The notes under the pieces: generated by a model
Seen by the model: only the letters and a program-made list of their open reading frames with translations
Databases searched by the model: none
What the model was told of the DNA's origin: nothing
Made by a program: the position numbers and the translations under genes
Assembly (NCBI GenBank): GCA_048270185.1
Contig: JBLWTJ010000002.1
Span: forward strand, 448,001-512,000
Direction of reading: 5' to 3'
Source: Bacteriovoracaceae bacterium
Lineage (GTDB): Bacteria; Bdellovibrionota; Bacteriovoracia; Bacteriovoracales; Bacteriovoracaceae
DNA length: 64,000 nucleotides
In this document: one piece after another, positions 17,307-28,539 of the stretch
Layout of the letters: each line of letters starts with the position of its first letter
Position numbering within the stretch: the first letter of the stretch is position 1

Positions 17307-17473
17307 GAGGCTGTTCCTTATTTTAGGCTAAATATGAGAATTTATTATAGCACTGAAAAAAAGTGTAAAAAACTGCAATTTTTTGTTGTGCAGAAAAATG
17401 GAAGGGAATATTATATAGCAAATATATATAACTTAGATATGTATTTTTTTCGTAAACCAAATGAGGATTAACT

Positions 17474-17707
17474 ATGAAAAAACTATTACTTCTACTCCTA
17501 ATTGCTTCAGCAACTTTCACGTATGCTAATGAAGACTATTCTGATTCAACAGCTACAGAAACTAGCTCAGATTTTGAAAGTGCAGTTGAAGAATCAGCAC
17601 CAGCTACAGACTGTGCTTCAACAGGAGACTGTGTTGAAGAATCATCACAATCAAATTCTCTCGACGCCGAGCTCTCTGATGATTCAGATCTCGAAGTTGA
17701 GCAATAA
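17474..17707 (+). CDS. small secreted acidic protein
   Basis: Signal peptide MKKLLLLLLIASATFTYA; GAGG RBS. Confidence 0.65.
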   Translation: MKKLLLLLLIASATFTYANEDYSDSTATETSSDFESAVEESAPATDCASTGDCVEESSQSNSLDAELSDDSDLEVEQ

Positions 17708-17765
17708 TAAGAATTCCCACCGCAGCAGCCCTCCAGCTGCTGCATTCGTTTACGACCGGTAACTC

Positions 17766-18206
17766 TTGGTTTATACTCAAAACGTGAAAGATTTAGAATT
17801 TTCAAGAATACTTCTCGATTTAATGCCAATTATCATTCGCTCAATAAGAAGTGAATTAAAAGAGGCTGCATCTCCGCGAATTTCCTACCCTCAATTTAGG
17901 GCACTTTCAAATATTGGAAGAGGGCTTCAAACTGTTGGAGAACTTGCAGAACATCATGGTATTAGCCAACCGGCCATGACCAAGACAATTAATATTTTAG
18001 TTGGAGAGAAGTTAGTTTCAAAAAACAAGTCGACAGAAGATGCTCGACTAACAATTCTCACTCTTAGTTCCAAAGGCCAAATACTCTACAAAGAAGTTTG
18101 GGGCGAAGTACAAGAAAAAATTTCTTTAAAACTAAAAGACTTCCCTATCAAAAACAGAAAGGCGATGGTTAGCAATCTTGAAAAGCTCAGAAGTATTATC
18201 GCTTAA
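17766..18206 (+). CDS. MarR family regulator
   Basis: ELAEHHGISQPAMTKTINILV...DAR..LTLSSKG. Confidence 0.88.
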   Translation: MVYTQNVKDLEFSRILLDLMPIIIRSIRSELKEAASPRISYPQFRALSNIGRGLQTVGELAEHHGISQPAMTKTINILVGEKLVSKNKSTEDARLTILTLSSKGQILYKEVWGEVQEKISLKLKDFPIKNRKAMVSNLEKLRSIIA

Positions 18207-19072
18207 GATTTATTGAAGCGATTTATATAAGTACAGTGCTGACAGAATTTTTCAACTCGTTTATTTTGATCAAAGCCCTTTCTCATTGCAACAGCTCTCT
18301 CAGACTTTAAAATTGAGTCGAGACTTTCATCAAAAGCATTGCCTAGTGGAATTTGGCATTCTTTATCCAAGCAACATGGAACAACAGTACCATCAGCATG
18401 AATTCCGATATGTGACTTTAAAGCATGACAGCGACCAGCTTCACCTTGATTTGGAAGATCCCAAGATGGCCAGTCAAAGTGAGAATCAAAGTGGAGATAG
18501 ACGCGATTCCATATTCTCTTACTCTTAATGGATTCGACTTGAGTATTACGATTGATCTCAACTTCATAGAAAGACTCAAGAGTTTGAAAAACTTCTTCAT
18601 TCTCCTTCATGATTTTTTCATTGCGTCCTAGGTTCCAAAGACGATAGTTCACATAGGTCTCAGGTGCAGATTCATTAAGCTCTTTTGAAAACTCAAGAAT
18701 TGGCATTAGGTAGGCACCAAAGTCACGATTGGGAAAATTGTCTTTATAACTTTGAATCGAGAAGTTAATTTGTCTAAGAACTTTACTCTTTAATAGAATC
18801 TCTTTACGTGAGGCGATGACCACACCATTTGTTGTAATTTGAACTGGTACTTCATGACGCTCACAAATTTCCATAACTTTGACAAAATTAGGATGGGCCA
18901 GTGGCTCTCCCATTAAGTGGAGGCAAACTTGTTTGGCCAGAGGCTTTGCTTCAATAAGAACCTTTTCAAAATCTTGCGGTCCCATCACTCTCTTGTCGCG
19001 TTCAACGACAGGACAGAATGTACACTGCAAATTACAGATATTTGAAATTTCGATAAAGATTCGATCTAGCAT
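18203..19072 (-). CDS. radical SAM/SPASM(Twitch) protein
   Basis: CNLQCTFC; C-terminal GTVVPCC..LGN..CQHC. Confidence 0.88.
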   Translation of the reverse strand: MLDRIFIEISNICNLQCTFCPVVERDKRVMGPQDFEKVLIEAKPLAKQVCLHLMGEPLAHPNFVKVMEICERHEVPVQITTNGVVIASRKEILLKSKVLRQINFSIQSYKDNFPNRDFGAYLMPILEFSKELNESAPETYVNYRLWNLGRNEKIMKENEEVFQTLESFYEVEINRNTQVESIKSKRIWNRVYLHFDSHFDWPSWDLPNQGEAGRCHALKSHIGIHADGTVVPCCLDKECQIPLGNAFDESLDSILKSERAVAMRKGFDQNKRVEKFCQHCTYINRFNKS

Positions 19073-19108
19073 GGCAACTTTCTAACACCCTTCATCATTT
19101 CTGTCAGT

Positions 19109-19136
19109 AAAAAAGGCCTAGAATACTCTAGGCCTT
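19109..19136 (-). terminator. Rho-independent terminator
   Basis: AAGGCCTAGA-ATAC-TCTAGGCCTT with an A-run on the + strand. Confidence 0.7.
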
Positions 19137-19179
19137 ATTGATTCTCTCTAGTAGAAATATATTCTACTTCCTCGAAAAA

Positions 19180-20136
19180 TTATTTAATTTGGATATTTCC
19201 TGCATTGATGTTCTCAAGAGACTCTTCAAGATTAGGAACTGTTAGTCTTAGCTTGATATATGCATCAATTGTATTGTCATCAAGAAGAGCATTTAGGTCT
19301 TCACCATTCTTGATATTTTCATTGATGTTATATCTAATCAGTTCACGAAGTCCTGCAAGACCTTCAACATCATTTCTCTCAATCATTTGCTCAATTTGCT
19401 CTCTTTCTTTTCTGTTGAAATCAAATAATTGAGAAATACCAGTTGTTGCTTTAGATACTAGGTAGAAAGCTGCACCGATACCATTTGAAGTAAGAGAAAT
19501 TCCTTTACCAGTGTACTCAATACCTTTTTCTAGGTTTTCAGCACCTAATAAGAACTCAGAAACTTTCGTTGATTGCTCACTCGCTTTAGCAATTAGTTCA
19601 ACGATTTCTTCAACAGTCATTTGAGTAAGATCTAGTGGTTTCTCAAGAACTCTTGAAAGGAATTCACTAATATCTGAAAGTAGATCTGAAGCTTCAGAAG
19701 TACCGTCAAATGCGAAATCTAAGATCTCAAGTAGTAGATCTCCAGTTTGCTCAAGAGTTGGCTCTAGGAAAATATAAATTTTCTTAGAAACTTCCATTCC
19801 TTTTGCTGTCCCTTTAGCTGAAACTTCAAATACCATTGCAATACCATCAGCAGTTAGACGGAAAGCAGGTTTTGATACTTCTGAAAGTTTAACAATATGT
19901 TTAGCAATCTTTTCTGAAGCTTTGTATGAAGATTCAAGATTCTTTGAAATGAATGCCTTTAGGTGTTCACCAGTAAAGTCTGCTACTTCAATTGTTTCAT
20001 CAGTTGCACTTTTCCCTGCATCATAGATCGCTTCAGATACTTTTGAAGAAGCACCTAGAGAAGCATCTCTTAAATCAGATGCATTTACTTGTAGTGCGAT
20101 TAGTGTAAGTAGTGCTGCTGCTGTCATTCTTTTCAT
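19180..20136 (-). CDS. secreted helical hypothetical protein
   Basis: Signal peptide; AGGAG RBS; co-oriented 43 bp downstream of the DUF4105 gene. Confidence 0.75.
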   Translation of the reverse strand: MKRMTAAALLTLIALQVNASDLRDASLGASSKVSEAIYDAGKSATDETIEVADFTGEHLKAFISKNLESSYKASEKIAKHIVKLSEVSKPAFRLTADGIAMVFEVSAKGTAKGMEVSKKIYIFLEPTLEQTGDLLLEILDFAFDGTSEASDLLSDISEFLSRVLEKPLDLTQMTVEEIVELIAKASEQSTKVSEFLLGAENLEKGIEYTGKGISLTSNGIGAAFYLVSKATTGISQLFDFNRKEREQIEQMIERNDVEGLAGLRELIRYNINENIKNGEDLNALLDDNTIDAYIKLRLTVPNLEESLENINAGNIQIK

Positions 20137-20179
20137 GTTAATCTCCTTTGGTTTTGTTCTTTGTTTGTTTTTGTTGTTA

Positions 20180-22237
20180 TTAATTCGAATATACTTTCAA
20201 TGAAATAATTCTTGCTTCATCTCTGATATTTCTAATTAGGTCTAATATTCTTGCTAAATCCTGTACTTCTTTCTCATAATTACTTTTTACATCTTCTAAA
20301 AGTTGATTCTCTAATTCCTCTAGCTCTGCACTTTTAATATTATGATTTTCAAAATCTGAATCTTTTAAGACGAGAGGAATCCCATAACTTCCATCAACTG
20401 GCTTAACTCGGCTAGCTTTACGAAGTTCATTCCACTTTCTAATTCTTTCTCCAATTTCATTTTCAGCTTCTTCATTCTTTTCAAGGAAAGTTCCTACTTC
20501 CTCATCAATAGATGCTTGCTTAATTTTAAAGATCGCTCCCGTTAGAATTGATAGATCATTCATTTTAGATTCAACATCAATCGTTTCACTTAGATCTCTT
20601 AATTCATTAAATTTTTCAAAGAGACGATCAACATCAAATTCCTCAAGGATATCCTTTATAAATTTCTCTCTCTTATATTCTTTAAATTGGTGTGATCTTT
20701 TCGGATGACCAACACGACGTCTTTTAATTTTAAAGTCTGATGCTTCAACTCCAAAAAGTGATTTTTTAACATCTTTTAAAAGCTCAATATCACTTGGGAA
20801 GAACATCCCATTCTTTTGAGCTTCTGAATGGTCTTCGAGGTCTTCTTCTTTTGCAAATTCACTATCTGTAAATTTGTCTAAAAGTGAATATGGAAGAATA
20901 ACTCTCTTATAAGCAAATTCATTATTAGGTAGAGCTGCTTGGAAGAGCTCGTTAGATTCAGAAGCACAGTTATTTGTAATAAACTTATAGTCACCTTCAT
21001 ATTCCCAGTAGACTTCTAACACCTTGTGAATGAAAGCCTGTTTCTGCTCGTTAGATAGATATAGTGGTTGGCTAATTAGATCTCTTAACTCTCCACCATT
21101 GTACTCATTTAATACTTCAGGAAATGAAAGCATGAAAAGAACAGAGTCATAGCCCCCAAGAATTCCTTTTAGAGTATTACTTTTAATATCAGTTACGTTT
21201 GCACGATATGAAAGAACCACATGATAAAGCTTGTCTTTAAGGCAGTTCTTATCCACCTTCTTTCTAAATGGTGCACAAAGAACAATTCGATACATTGAGT
21301 GACCAAATCCTGAAACCATTGAGTCACCTTTTGAAGCCAGTAGATAGTCAATACGATAAACTCGATCTGGATTAATATCTCTCGTTACTTTCAAGTCATC
21401 TAAAATGATTTCAGTAAAGATCTTGCAATCACTTTCAGGAAATGGAGTATGCCCTAAAAGCTCGCTATAGAATTTATAATAAGATGGTCTCTTACACTTG
21501 TAGTCTTTATCCATTAGGAAGAATTCAAGGTTAACGGCATTGTGCTCTTTTAGATTTTCATATTCATAGGCATCAACCGATCTCTTTGAAGTAAGGTTCT
21601 TTGTTTTCTTCTTAAACATTCCCTTCTTCCAATTAGCAAGCTTGAAGAATGAGTATAGGCCACTGATTGAATTACGATTCGTTTCTTGAGATAGGATGGC
21701 ACGACACTCTGTTGAGACGCGATTATTATCTTCCTTTTCACGCTTACACACACGGGCCTTTGCCTTGTGTTCAGCACTTCTTACTTTCTTAAGGTCATAT
21801 AAGTGAGCAAGCTCGTGAAGAATTGTTGCCTTTGCCTTTCTTACATAGTTCTTATGGCCACAATTGAATTGAATTGATTCTTCATCACCTTTAATAATTT
21901 CTTTTAGAAAGAGTGATGTAATCTTGATTTCTTTTTGATTAAAGAAGCTCACACTTCCATACTTAACAGGAACGCTCTCAGTACAACGATCGGCAGGTAG
22001 GTCTGTGATGCCTTTATTATCTTTAAAGTCTTCGAAAGAGATTTTAATTTTTCGGCCGATGGCCTCTCTCATTACGTGAGGTACTTTTTCATCAACTGAT
22101 TTTAAGAAAGACTCTAATTTTGCATGGTATTCTTTTGGAACTGAGTCTTTATTTAACTTAAACATTGGCCCAGAATAGGCGAACGCTGTTGCTGTCAATA
22201 AAGTAGTCACAATACTCTTTAAAATTAGCTCTCTCAT
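20180..22237 (-). CDS. secreted DUF4105 (Lnb-like) domain protein with N-terminal HExxH motif
   Basis: Signal peptide; ILHELAH; SGFGHS; YKFITNNCA. Confidence 0.7.
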   Translation of the reverse strand: MRELILKSIVTTLLTATAFAYSGPMFKLNKDSVPKEYHAKLESFLKSVDEKVPHVMREAIGRKIKISFEDFKDNKGITDLPADRCTESVPVKYGSVSFFNQKEIKITSLFLKEIIKGDEESIQFNCGHKNYVRKAKATILHELAHLYDLKKVRSAEHKAKARVCKREKEDNNRVSTECRAILSQETNRNSISGLYSFFKLANWKKGMFKKKTKNLTSKRSVDAYEYENLKEHNAVNLEFFLMDKDYKCKRPSYYKFYSELLGHTPFPESDCKIFTEIILDDLKVTRDINPDRVYRIDYLLASKGDSMVSGFGHSMYRIVLCAPFRKKVDKNCLKDKLYHVVLSYRANVTDIKSNTLKGILGGYDSVLFMLSFPEVLNEYNGGELRDLISQPLYLSNEQKQAFIHKVLEVYWEYEGDYKFITNNCASESNELFQAALPNNEFAYKRVILPYSLLDKFTDSEFAKEEDLEDHSEAQKNGMFFPSDIELLKDVKKSLFGVEASDFKIKRRRVGHPKRSHQFKEYKREKFIKDILEEFDVDRLFEKFNELRDLSETIDVESKMNDLSILTGAIFKIKQASIDEEVGTFLEKNEEAENEIGERIRKWNELRKASRVKPVDGSYGIPLVLKDSDFENHNIKSAELEELENQLLEDVKSNYEKEVQDLARILDLIRNIRDEARIISLKVYSN

Positions 22238-22341
22238 ATTATTCCTTAAACAGTTGTTTAAACTTTATCCAGCTTTTAATTCTTGTTAGCATTGCTAGCT
22301 AGCTGAAACTTGGTTTTACTTCTTTGTTTGGAATAATATGA

Positions 22342-22357
22342 TGCAATTGGGATGCCA
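22342..22357 (-). promoter_or_regulatory. sigma54 -24/-12 promoter
   Basis: Minus strand reads TGGCATCCCAATTGCA, versus consensus TGGCACG-N4-TTGCW. Confidence 0.7.
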
Positions 22358-22376
22358 AAATAGAATCTGTTCAGTC

Positions 22377-22655
22377 CTACTCAATACGCCCGTTGCCTAT
22401 CTTATCAAGCTCTTCTCCACAAATATTTATAGGAGCTTGGCCATCTGCCCCTAGTGGAATCGACTCAATTAGTGTTCCTTCGACGTCATCATCACTATCA
22501 AATCCTCGACATTCAATTGAGCGCTCCCGGTAACTAATGATCTTATAGTGATACTCATTGACTGAAGCTGGGCCTCGGTCAACTCCATCAGAGCTGACTC
22601 TAATACAGGCCGGTAGAAAAACAATGATAATTAGGATTAGTTCTAAGAATTGCAT
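22377..22655 (-). CDS. small putative lipoprotein
   Basis: Hydrophobic N-terminus with LPAC; RGPAS motif. Confidence 0.5.
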   Translation of the reverse strand: MQFLELILIIIVFLPACIRVSSDGVDRGPASVNEYHYKIISYRERSIECRGFDSDDDVEGTLIESIPLGADGQAPINICGEELDKIGNGRIE

Positions 22656-22731
22656 AGAACTTATTTCGGAGAGAAGAGAATTTATGGGAGTTAAAATAGA
22701 TTAAAAAAAGGGGCCTTAAAGACCCCTAGAA

Positions 22732-23358
22732 TTAATTATTACTTGTATTTGAATTATTACCTAGGCCATTAATCAAGTGCCTTGAAGTAAAACGAATATA
22801 ATCAATACTCTCTTCAGCACCAAATGAAGATGTATAGGCATGAAAACTTGATAAGAAGTGATGCCAGAACATTCTTCTAAAGCCTTCCTCCTCTTCAGTT
22901 CTAATGATAATTCCCGAACTTCTAAAGAGAGGTTGCACCCAGCTCCAATATAAATCGACAATCTGTGGAGTTAATCTAGCAGCAACAGAATTCGTATCAT
23001 TCAAATTCTTTGTATTATAAGCTAGGGATAAAAACTCATCAGCAATATTCTTGTGAATCATCAGCTCTTGAAAAATTGCCTTATAATTGGCCGCTAAAAT
23101 CTCAGCGTTTTGTGCACCTTCTTCAATTGAAAATGGTTTAACAGTGATTGCTGTATTTAAGTTCTCACGAAATAGACTGAAGATCACATCCTCCTTAGAC
23201 TTAAAGTAATTATAGTAAGTCCCAATTCCCAGTCCACACACTTGGGCCAACTCTCGCATTCCTACTTCGTCGACACCTTTTTGAGTAAATAATTCCATCG
23301 AATTCTTTAGAATCATTTCTCTTGTTCTCTGTTTCTTGATTTCTCTTAAACCTGCCAT
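22732..23358 (-). CDS. TetR/AcrR family regulator
   Basis: LREIKKQRTRE...GIGTYYNYFKSKED. Confidence 0.9.
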   Translation of the reverse strand: MAGLREIKKQRTREMILKNSMELFTQKGVDEVGMRELAQVCGLGIGTYYNYFKSKEDVIFSLFRENLNTAITVKPFSIEEGAQNAEILAANYKAIFQELMIHKNIADEFLSLAYNTKNLNDTNSVAARLTPQIVDLYWSWVQPLFRSSGIIIRTEEEEGFRRMFWHHFLSSFHAYTSSFGAEESIDYIRFTSRHLINGLGNNSNTSNN

Positions 23359-23587
23359 AACACCTCCTTCATGGTCAGCGTAGCTCTAAAGAGCTTCCGA
23401 GCGAAAAGGTCGAGAACTCTTTCTAATTTGATCATAGGCGATTTATGGATGACGCTCATCTTAATTAAGTTAAAAGATGGTAATTAGTTGGTAAATTAAT
23501 AGTCAGGTAATTTTGAAGGTTGATCACATTTAAAACGTTATGATTGCTCATTGTCTAAGTATTAGACATTTGCGATAATAGCTAACT

Positions 23588-24235
23588 ATGTTGAATATAA
23601 TAATTCCTAAACTAATTTCGTGGTATTTGAGGTTTGTAAAACTCACTTCTCGCATCACAATCCTCAATAGTGAAAACCTAGAAAAGGCCAAGCAAATGTC
23701 AGCTAGTGGTAATTACACTTTATCATGTTGGCACGAGCACTATCCAACTTGTGTTCTCTCAGAGGTTGATACAGGCCTAGTTGTCATGGCATCTAAATCA
23801 AAAGATGGAACACTTGCGGCCAACACGGTTGAGGCCCTTGGCTTTACACCAACTAGAGGTAGTTCTTCTCGTGGCGGAAGTGAGGCCCTAAAATCCATGA
23901 TTAAATTGATAAAGAGTCAGAAGTTAAACTCGGCCATCACTGTTGATGGACCACGTGGCCCTCGACGCATTCCTAAGAAGGGAACATTTGTTGTTTCACT
24001 TGAGGCCCAAGTTCCTATATTAAATCTTCAAGCGATTTCCACAAGACGATTTTGCTTTAGTAAGAGTTGGGATCAAACTAATTTACCACTACCTTTTGGC
24101 CACATTTACATCAACTATGGTGAGCCAATTTTGATTACTGAACTCAATAAAGACTCCTTAAACGAGTATTCTCAGCAACTTATCGCACAACAGCAAAAGT
24201 TAACTGATGAAATTCGTCAGTACTTAGTATTTTAA
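23588..24235 (+). CDS. DUF374 / lysophospholipid acyltransferase family protein
   Basis: WH, SKSKDG, RGSSSRGG, TVDGPRGP, SWD. Confidence 0.85.
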   Translation: MLNIIIPKLISWYLRFVKLTSRITILNSENLEKAKQMSASGNYTLSCWHEHYPTCVLSEVDTGLVVMASKSKDGTLAANTVEALGFTPTRGSSSRGGSEALKSMIKLIKSQKLNSAITVDGPRGPRRIPKKGTFVVSLEAQVPILNLQAISTRRFCFSKSWDQTNLPLPFGHIYINYGEPILITELNKDSLNEYSQQLIAQQQKLTDEIRQYLVF

Positions 24236-24377
24236 GTTACTGAATTTAGGTCATATACGATCTAATTTTGATGAATTAAGTCGTGAAATTATGTGTCGGA
24301 AGTGGTACAAAATTAGGCTATAGTTAAGAATTCAAAAATAATATAAATATTTTAAATTTAATTACAAGTGAGATGTT

Positions 24378-26084
24378 ATGGCAGAGAATATGCTAGAAAT
24401 TAAAAACCTAACAATTGAATTTCGTACTGAAGATGAAACAGTTAAGGCCGTTAAAAGCTTAAACCTAAGTATTCCAAAGGGAAAAACAGTTGGGCTCGTT
24501 GGTGAGTCAGGTTCAGGAAAGTCAGTTACTTCTCTTGCAATCATGGGGCTAATCCCTAATCCTCCAGGTAAAATCAGCGAAGGTGAAATTCTTTTCCACG
24601 GTGAAGACTTAACAAAAGCTTCAAACGAAAGAATGAGAAAACTTCGTGGAAATAAGATCGCCATGATTTTCCAAGAGCCAATGACTTCTTTAAACCCAGT
24701 ATTTACAACTGGTAATCAAATTGATGAAGTTCTAATGCTTCACCAAAATATGACAAAAGAACAAGCTCGTAAAAGAACTATCGAACTATTCGAAGAAGTT
24801 GGTATTCCATCTCCAAAAGAATCAGTTGATAAATACCCACACCAAATGTCAGGTGGTCAAAAGCAACGTGTAATGATCGCAATGGCAATGGCCTGTGAAC
24901 CAGAACTACTTATTTGTGATGAGCCAACAACAGCTCTTGACGTTACAATCCAAAAGCAAGTTCTTGAGCTAATGTTCGAGCTTCAAAGAAAACACAATAT
25001 GAGTATGCTTTTCATCACACACGATCTTGCTGTTATTGCAGACATTGCTGATGAAGTTGCTGTTATGTTCAGAGGTGATCTTGTTGAGCAAAATACAACA
25101 AAAGCACTTTTTGAAAATCCACAACACCCATATACAAAAGGTCTTCTTGCTTGTCGTCCAAGCCTTGAAGAAAATCCAGTTAGACTTCTAACTGTAGAAG
25201 ACTTCCTAAACGCAAAAGAAGATATCGATGTTTCTTCACTTGAAATGAAGAAGCCAAGACCAATTAGTGAAACGGAAAACCCAGTTATTCTTGAGGTTAC
25301 AAACTTCAATAAGCACTTCCCTATTAAAGGTGGACTATTCGGTCGCACAGTTGATTGGTTTAAAGCCGTTGATGATGTAACTTTAAAAGTAAGAAAAGGT
25401 CGTACACTTGGTCTTGTAGGTGAATCAGGATGTGGAAAGACAACTCTAGGTCGTTCTATCCTAAGACTTCTTGAGCCAACTGCCGGAGAAGTAATTTACA
25501 ACGGTGTAAACGTTACTAATCTAAATAAGAAAGAAATGAGAGAGATTCGTGAGAAGATGCAAATTATCTTCCAAGACCCGTACTCATCTCTTAACCCAAG
25601 AATGACAATTGGTGATATTATCACTGAACCAATGGTTATTCACAATATGGGTGGTTCTAAGAAAGATAGATACCAAGTTGCAGCAGACCTTCTTGAGAAA
25701 GTAGGACTTAAAGGTGATTACCTTAACCGTTATCCACACGAATTCTCAGGTGGACAACGTCAACGTATCTGTATTGCTCGTGCCCTTTCTCTTAAGCCAG
25801 AATTTATTATCTGTGACGAATCGGTATCAGCACTTGATGTATCAGTTCAAGCTCAAGTTCTTAATCTACTTCAAGATCTACAAGATGAACTAGGTCTAAC
25901 TTATATCTTCATTTCACACGACCTTTCTGTTGTTAAGTATATCTCAGATGAAATCGGTGTAATGAACAAAGGTAAGATCGTTGAGTACGGTCCGGCCGAA
26001 GAGGTTTACCACAACCCACAAGATGAATACACAAAGAAGCTTCTAAGTGCTATTCCAAAGGGAGTTCCAAAAGAACTTCTATAA
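24378..26084 (+). CDS. oligopeptide/dipeptide ABC transporter ATP-binding protein (fused duplicate ATPase)
   Basis: Two Walker A motifs ([16 protein letters not shown]), two SGGQ signatures, HPYT. Confidence 0.95.
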   Translation: MAENMLEIKNLTIEFRTEDETVKAVKSLNLSIPKGKTVGLVGESGSGKSVTSLAIMGLIPNPPGKISEGEILFHGEDLTKASNERMRKLRGNKIAMIFQEPMTSLNPVFTTGNQIDEVLMLHQNMTKEQARKRTIELFEEVGIPSPKESVDKYPHQMSGGQKQRVMIAMAMACEPELLICDEPTTALDVTIQKQVLELMFELQRKHNMSMLFITHDLAVIADIADEVAVMFRGDLVEQNTTKALFENPQHPYTKGLLACRPSLEENPVRLLTVEDFLNAKEDIDVSSLEMKKPRPISETENPVILEVTNFNKHFPIKGGLFGRTVDWFKAVDDVTLKVRKGRTLGLVGESGCGKTTLGRSILRLLEPTAGEVIYNGVNVTNLNKKEMREIREKMQIIFQDPYSSLNPRMTIGDIITEPMVIHNMGGSKKDRYQVAADLLEKVGLKGDYLNRYPHEFSGGQRQRICIARALSLKPEFIICDESVSALDVSVQAQVLNLLQDLQDELGLTYIFISHDLSVVKYISDEIGVMNKGKIVEYGPAEEVYHNPQDEYTKKLLSAIPKGVPKELL

Positions 26085-26114
26085 AATTTAACAATTTTTA
26101 CTTTAAATATTAAG

Positions 26115-26140
26115 AAGGAGGCCAATTGCCTCCTTTTTTT
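26115..26140 (+). terminator. Rho-independent terminator
   Basis: AAGGAGGC-CAATT-GCCTCCTT-TTTTT. Confidence 0.8.
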
Positions 26141-26178
26141 ATACCTAAATATTTCTTATAATATGAGCTCTAGGAGGA

Positions 26179-27153
26179 ATGTATATGCCGGTTATCGAAA
26201 GCCAATACAAGTGTCATCAGACCTTACAGAATGGACACCTTCAGACAATCATCCCCTTCTTCATTAGAAGAAATATAAAACATGAAATTGAAGAGTTTAA
26301 GCTCGATTTACCAGATGGTGACTTTCTTCACTACTACCTATCCCGCGCTCAAAAGCCTATTAAGCATCTTATTATTATTTCTCATGGCCTTGAAGGAAAC
26401 GGACGAGATCGCTATATTCTAGAGATGAAGCAAAAATTCTGCGAAGAAGGTTTTGATGTCATTTCATGGGATATGCGTTCATGCGGCGGACGTATTAATC
26501 AGACACAAAAATTCTATAATGCTCAAGATTATCATGACCTTAAATTCTTAATTGAAAGCGTTGCTAAGAATTATGACAAGGTATCGCTTATGGGAATAAG
26601 TCTTGGCGGAGCAATTACGGCAAACTACTTAGGAAGAAAACCAAAAGAGATTCACCCTAAGATTCATCGTGCTTTCATCCTCTCCTCACCCATGGACCTT
26701 AATGGCTGCTCACTCAAGCTAAAGAGAAATATTTCACGCCATATCTATCGACATGTTTTCATTTACTCAATGAAAAAGAAAGTCATTGAGAAGTCAAAAC
26801 TGATGGAACTTCCAGTAGATCTCGAGAAAGTCAAAGGGATTCGATTTATTGATGAGTTTGATGATTATGTAACAGCTCCTATCTATGGGTACCGCGATGG
26901 TGAACATTACCGTTCGGAAGCCTCTCCTCTAAACTACCTAGAAAATATTGAAGTTCCTTTTTATATTCTAAACGCCTATGACGATCCTTTCTTGTCTGAA
27001 GAAAGTTATCCATTTGACTTGGCCAAGAGAAAAGAAAATATTTTTTTAGAAGTCCCGAAAAATGGTGGACACGTTGGCTTTATTAAATCGCCTAATGAGA
27101 AATACTATTTTTACGAAGAACGCATATTAGATTTTTTAAAAATGAAAATTTAG
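26179..27153 (+). CDS. YheT family alpha/beta hydrolase
   Basis: NGHLQTI, HGLEG, GISLGG, DDPF, GGHVGF. Confidence 0.88.
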   Translation: MYMPVIESQYKCHQTLQNGHLQTIIPFFIRRNIKHEIEEFKLDLPDGDFLHYYLSRAQKPIKHLIIISHGLEGNGRDRYILEMKQKFCEEGFDVISWDMRSCGGRINQTQKFYNAQDYHDLKFLIESVAKNYDKVSLMGISLGGAITANYLGRKPKEIHPKIHRAFILSSPMDLNGCSLKLKRNISRHIYRHVFIYSMKKKVIEKSKLMELPVDLEKVKGIRFIDEFDDYVTAPIYGYRDGEHYRSEASPLNYLENIEVPFYILNAYDDPFLSEESYPFDLAKRKENIFLEVPKNGGHVGFIKSPNEKYYFYEERILDFLKMKI

Positions 27154-27189
27154 AAAAAAAAAGGCTTCCTTCTGGAAGCCTTCTTTTTT
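27154..27189. terminator. bidirectional terminator
   Basis: A-run, AGGCTTCC...GGAAGCCT, T-rich run, between convergent genes. Confidence 0.75.
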
Positions 27190-27197
27190 GATGTTTA

Positions 27198-28346
27198 TTA
27201 TTTGCTAAAAGTTAACTTATAATCTGCAGTTGCTCCTTTGTACCCGTAAACCTTAATATAGTATACGTTAGAGCTATTTACTTTTAATCTTACTGCTTCA
27301 TTATCTGTTGAAGATTGTTTCTTCGATACGGCTTCAAATTTTCCATTTACTTTCTTGTAAACGATAAAGTCGAGATCACCCTCACTATGCTTAAAGAAGA
27401 TTCTAAAGTCTAAGATCTTCCCTGCTGTCATTTCTACTTTGTAGAAATCAACGTCACTTGCACTTGAGATTGAAAAGCTCTTTGAAGTTCCCGAAGCTAA
27501 AGTGATGGCAGTTTCAAAAGAAGTTCCATCTTGAGTGTTATCATCTGAGCTATCATCGTCACTATCATCTCCTGTCGTGAAAACCGTTGGAAAGTTATCG
27601 TTGATGTGTGGAACGATTTTACTCATTGGAACACCACCGTTTTTAACACCACGTCCTCCCCAGCTTCCACCGTATCCAGCGTGGTGAATGGCAAATACTT
27701 TATTCGAGTCGGCATTAAACACTGGTGAACCTGAAGAACCACCAAGAGTATCTGCATCGTAGAAAACATCTGTAGCAAATCCTACAACTTTCCCTTCAGA
27801 TACTTTCTTACTCCAGTCACAGTAGTAATCAGTGTAGTAGTCACAGTTTTGGTGAATAACATAAACACTATCGCCTTCAACTGCCTCAGTTGTATCTAAT
27901 TCAACCTTTCCATATGTTTGACCAGGCATCCCGCTACATTTAACAAGTGCGTAGTCTAGAGTTTCATCATTTCCAATAAATTCACTACACGTGATTTCGG
28001 CCCAATTTTCTTTTGAAACACCCTTTTCGTGTTTCATAAAAACTTTCATTCCCACAACATCAGAAGCACTTCCGATACAGTGATGATTTGTCATCAGCAC
28101 ACTGTCAGTAATTAGAAAACCAGTACAACGTCCACCATTTGAAAATTGAACATCTGCAACTGCTTTAGAATTTTTCCTAATATCGCTTGAATCATCAAAG
28201 GCAATGGCCTCTGTCCAATTAACTTCACCTACAATAATCGAGCCTGATGTAATATCAACGGCCGAACCTGGTGAAACTGATTTTCCGCATGATGTTGCGA
28301 ATACAGTTGATAAAGCGACTAAAACTAACATTTGCTTCTTAAACAT
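27198..28346 (-). CDS. trypsin-like serine protease lipoprotein with C-terminal PPC domain
   Basis: Lipobox ATSC; CTGFLI..TNHHC; LDYAL; DTLGGSSGSPV; DVDFY..GDLDF..YYIKVYGY. Confidence 0.85.
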   Translation of the reverse strand: MFKKQMLVLVALSTVFATSCGKSVSPGSAVDITSGSIIVGEVNWTEAIAFDDSSDIRKNSKAVADVQFSNGGRCTGFLITDSVLMTNHHCIGSASDVVGMKVFMKHEKGVSKENWAEITCSEFIGNDETLDYALVKCSGMPGQTYGKVELDTTEAVEGDSVYVIHQNCDYYTDYYCDWSKKVSEGKVVGFATDVFYDADTLGGSSGSPVFNADSNKVFAIHHAGYGGSWGGRGVKNGGVPMSKIVPHINDNFPTVFTTGDDSDDDSSDDNTQDGTSFETAITLASGTSKSFSISSASDVDFYKVEMTAGKILDFRIFFKHSEGDLDFIVYKKVNGKFEAVSKKQSSTDNEAVRLKVNSSNVYYIKVYGYKGATADYKLTFSK

Positions 28347-28539
28347 ACCCTCTCTCCTCGAATCGTCCTGCTAGGAATTCCCAAGTTCTCTCTTTGAACT
28401 TTGTGAATGGGTAAGTTATAAAAAATTAAATATACTTAAAGAATACAAGGACTTAATTTACATACTAAAAAGGCCTAGATTTAAGCAAATGTAAGAAAAT
28501 ACACCATTATTACAGAGATTAATGGTGCTAAAAAGTCAC

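Noticed and set aside
23359..23435. Riboswitch or leader peptide upstream of tetR (AGCTCT-AA-AGAGCT palindrome, short overlapping uORF)
   Set aside because: No match to a riboswitch consensus I know; the short palindrome and uORF could be chance.
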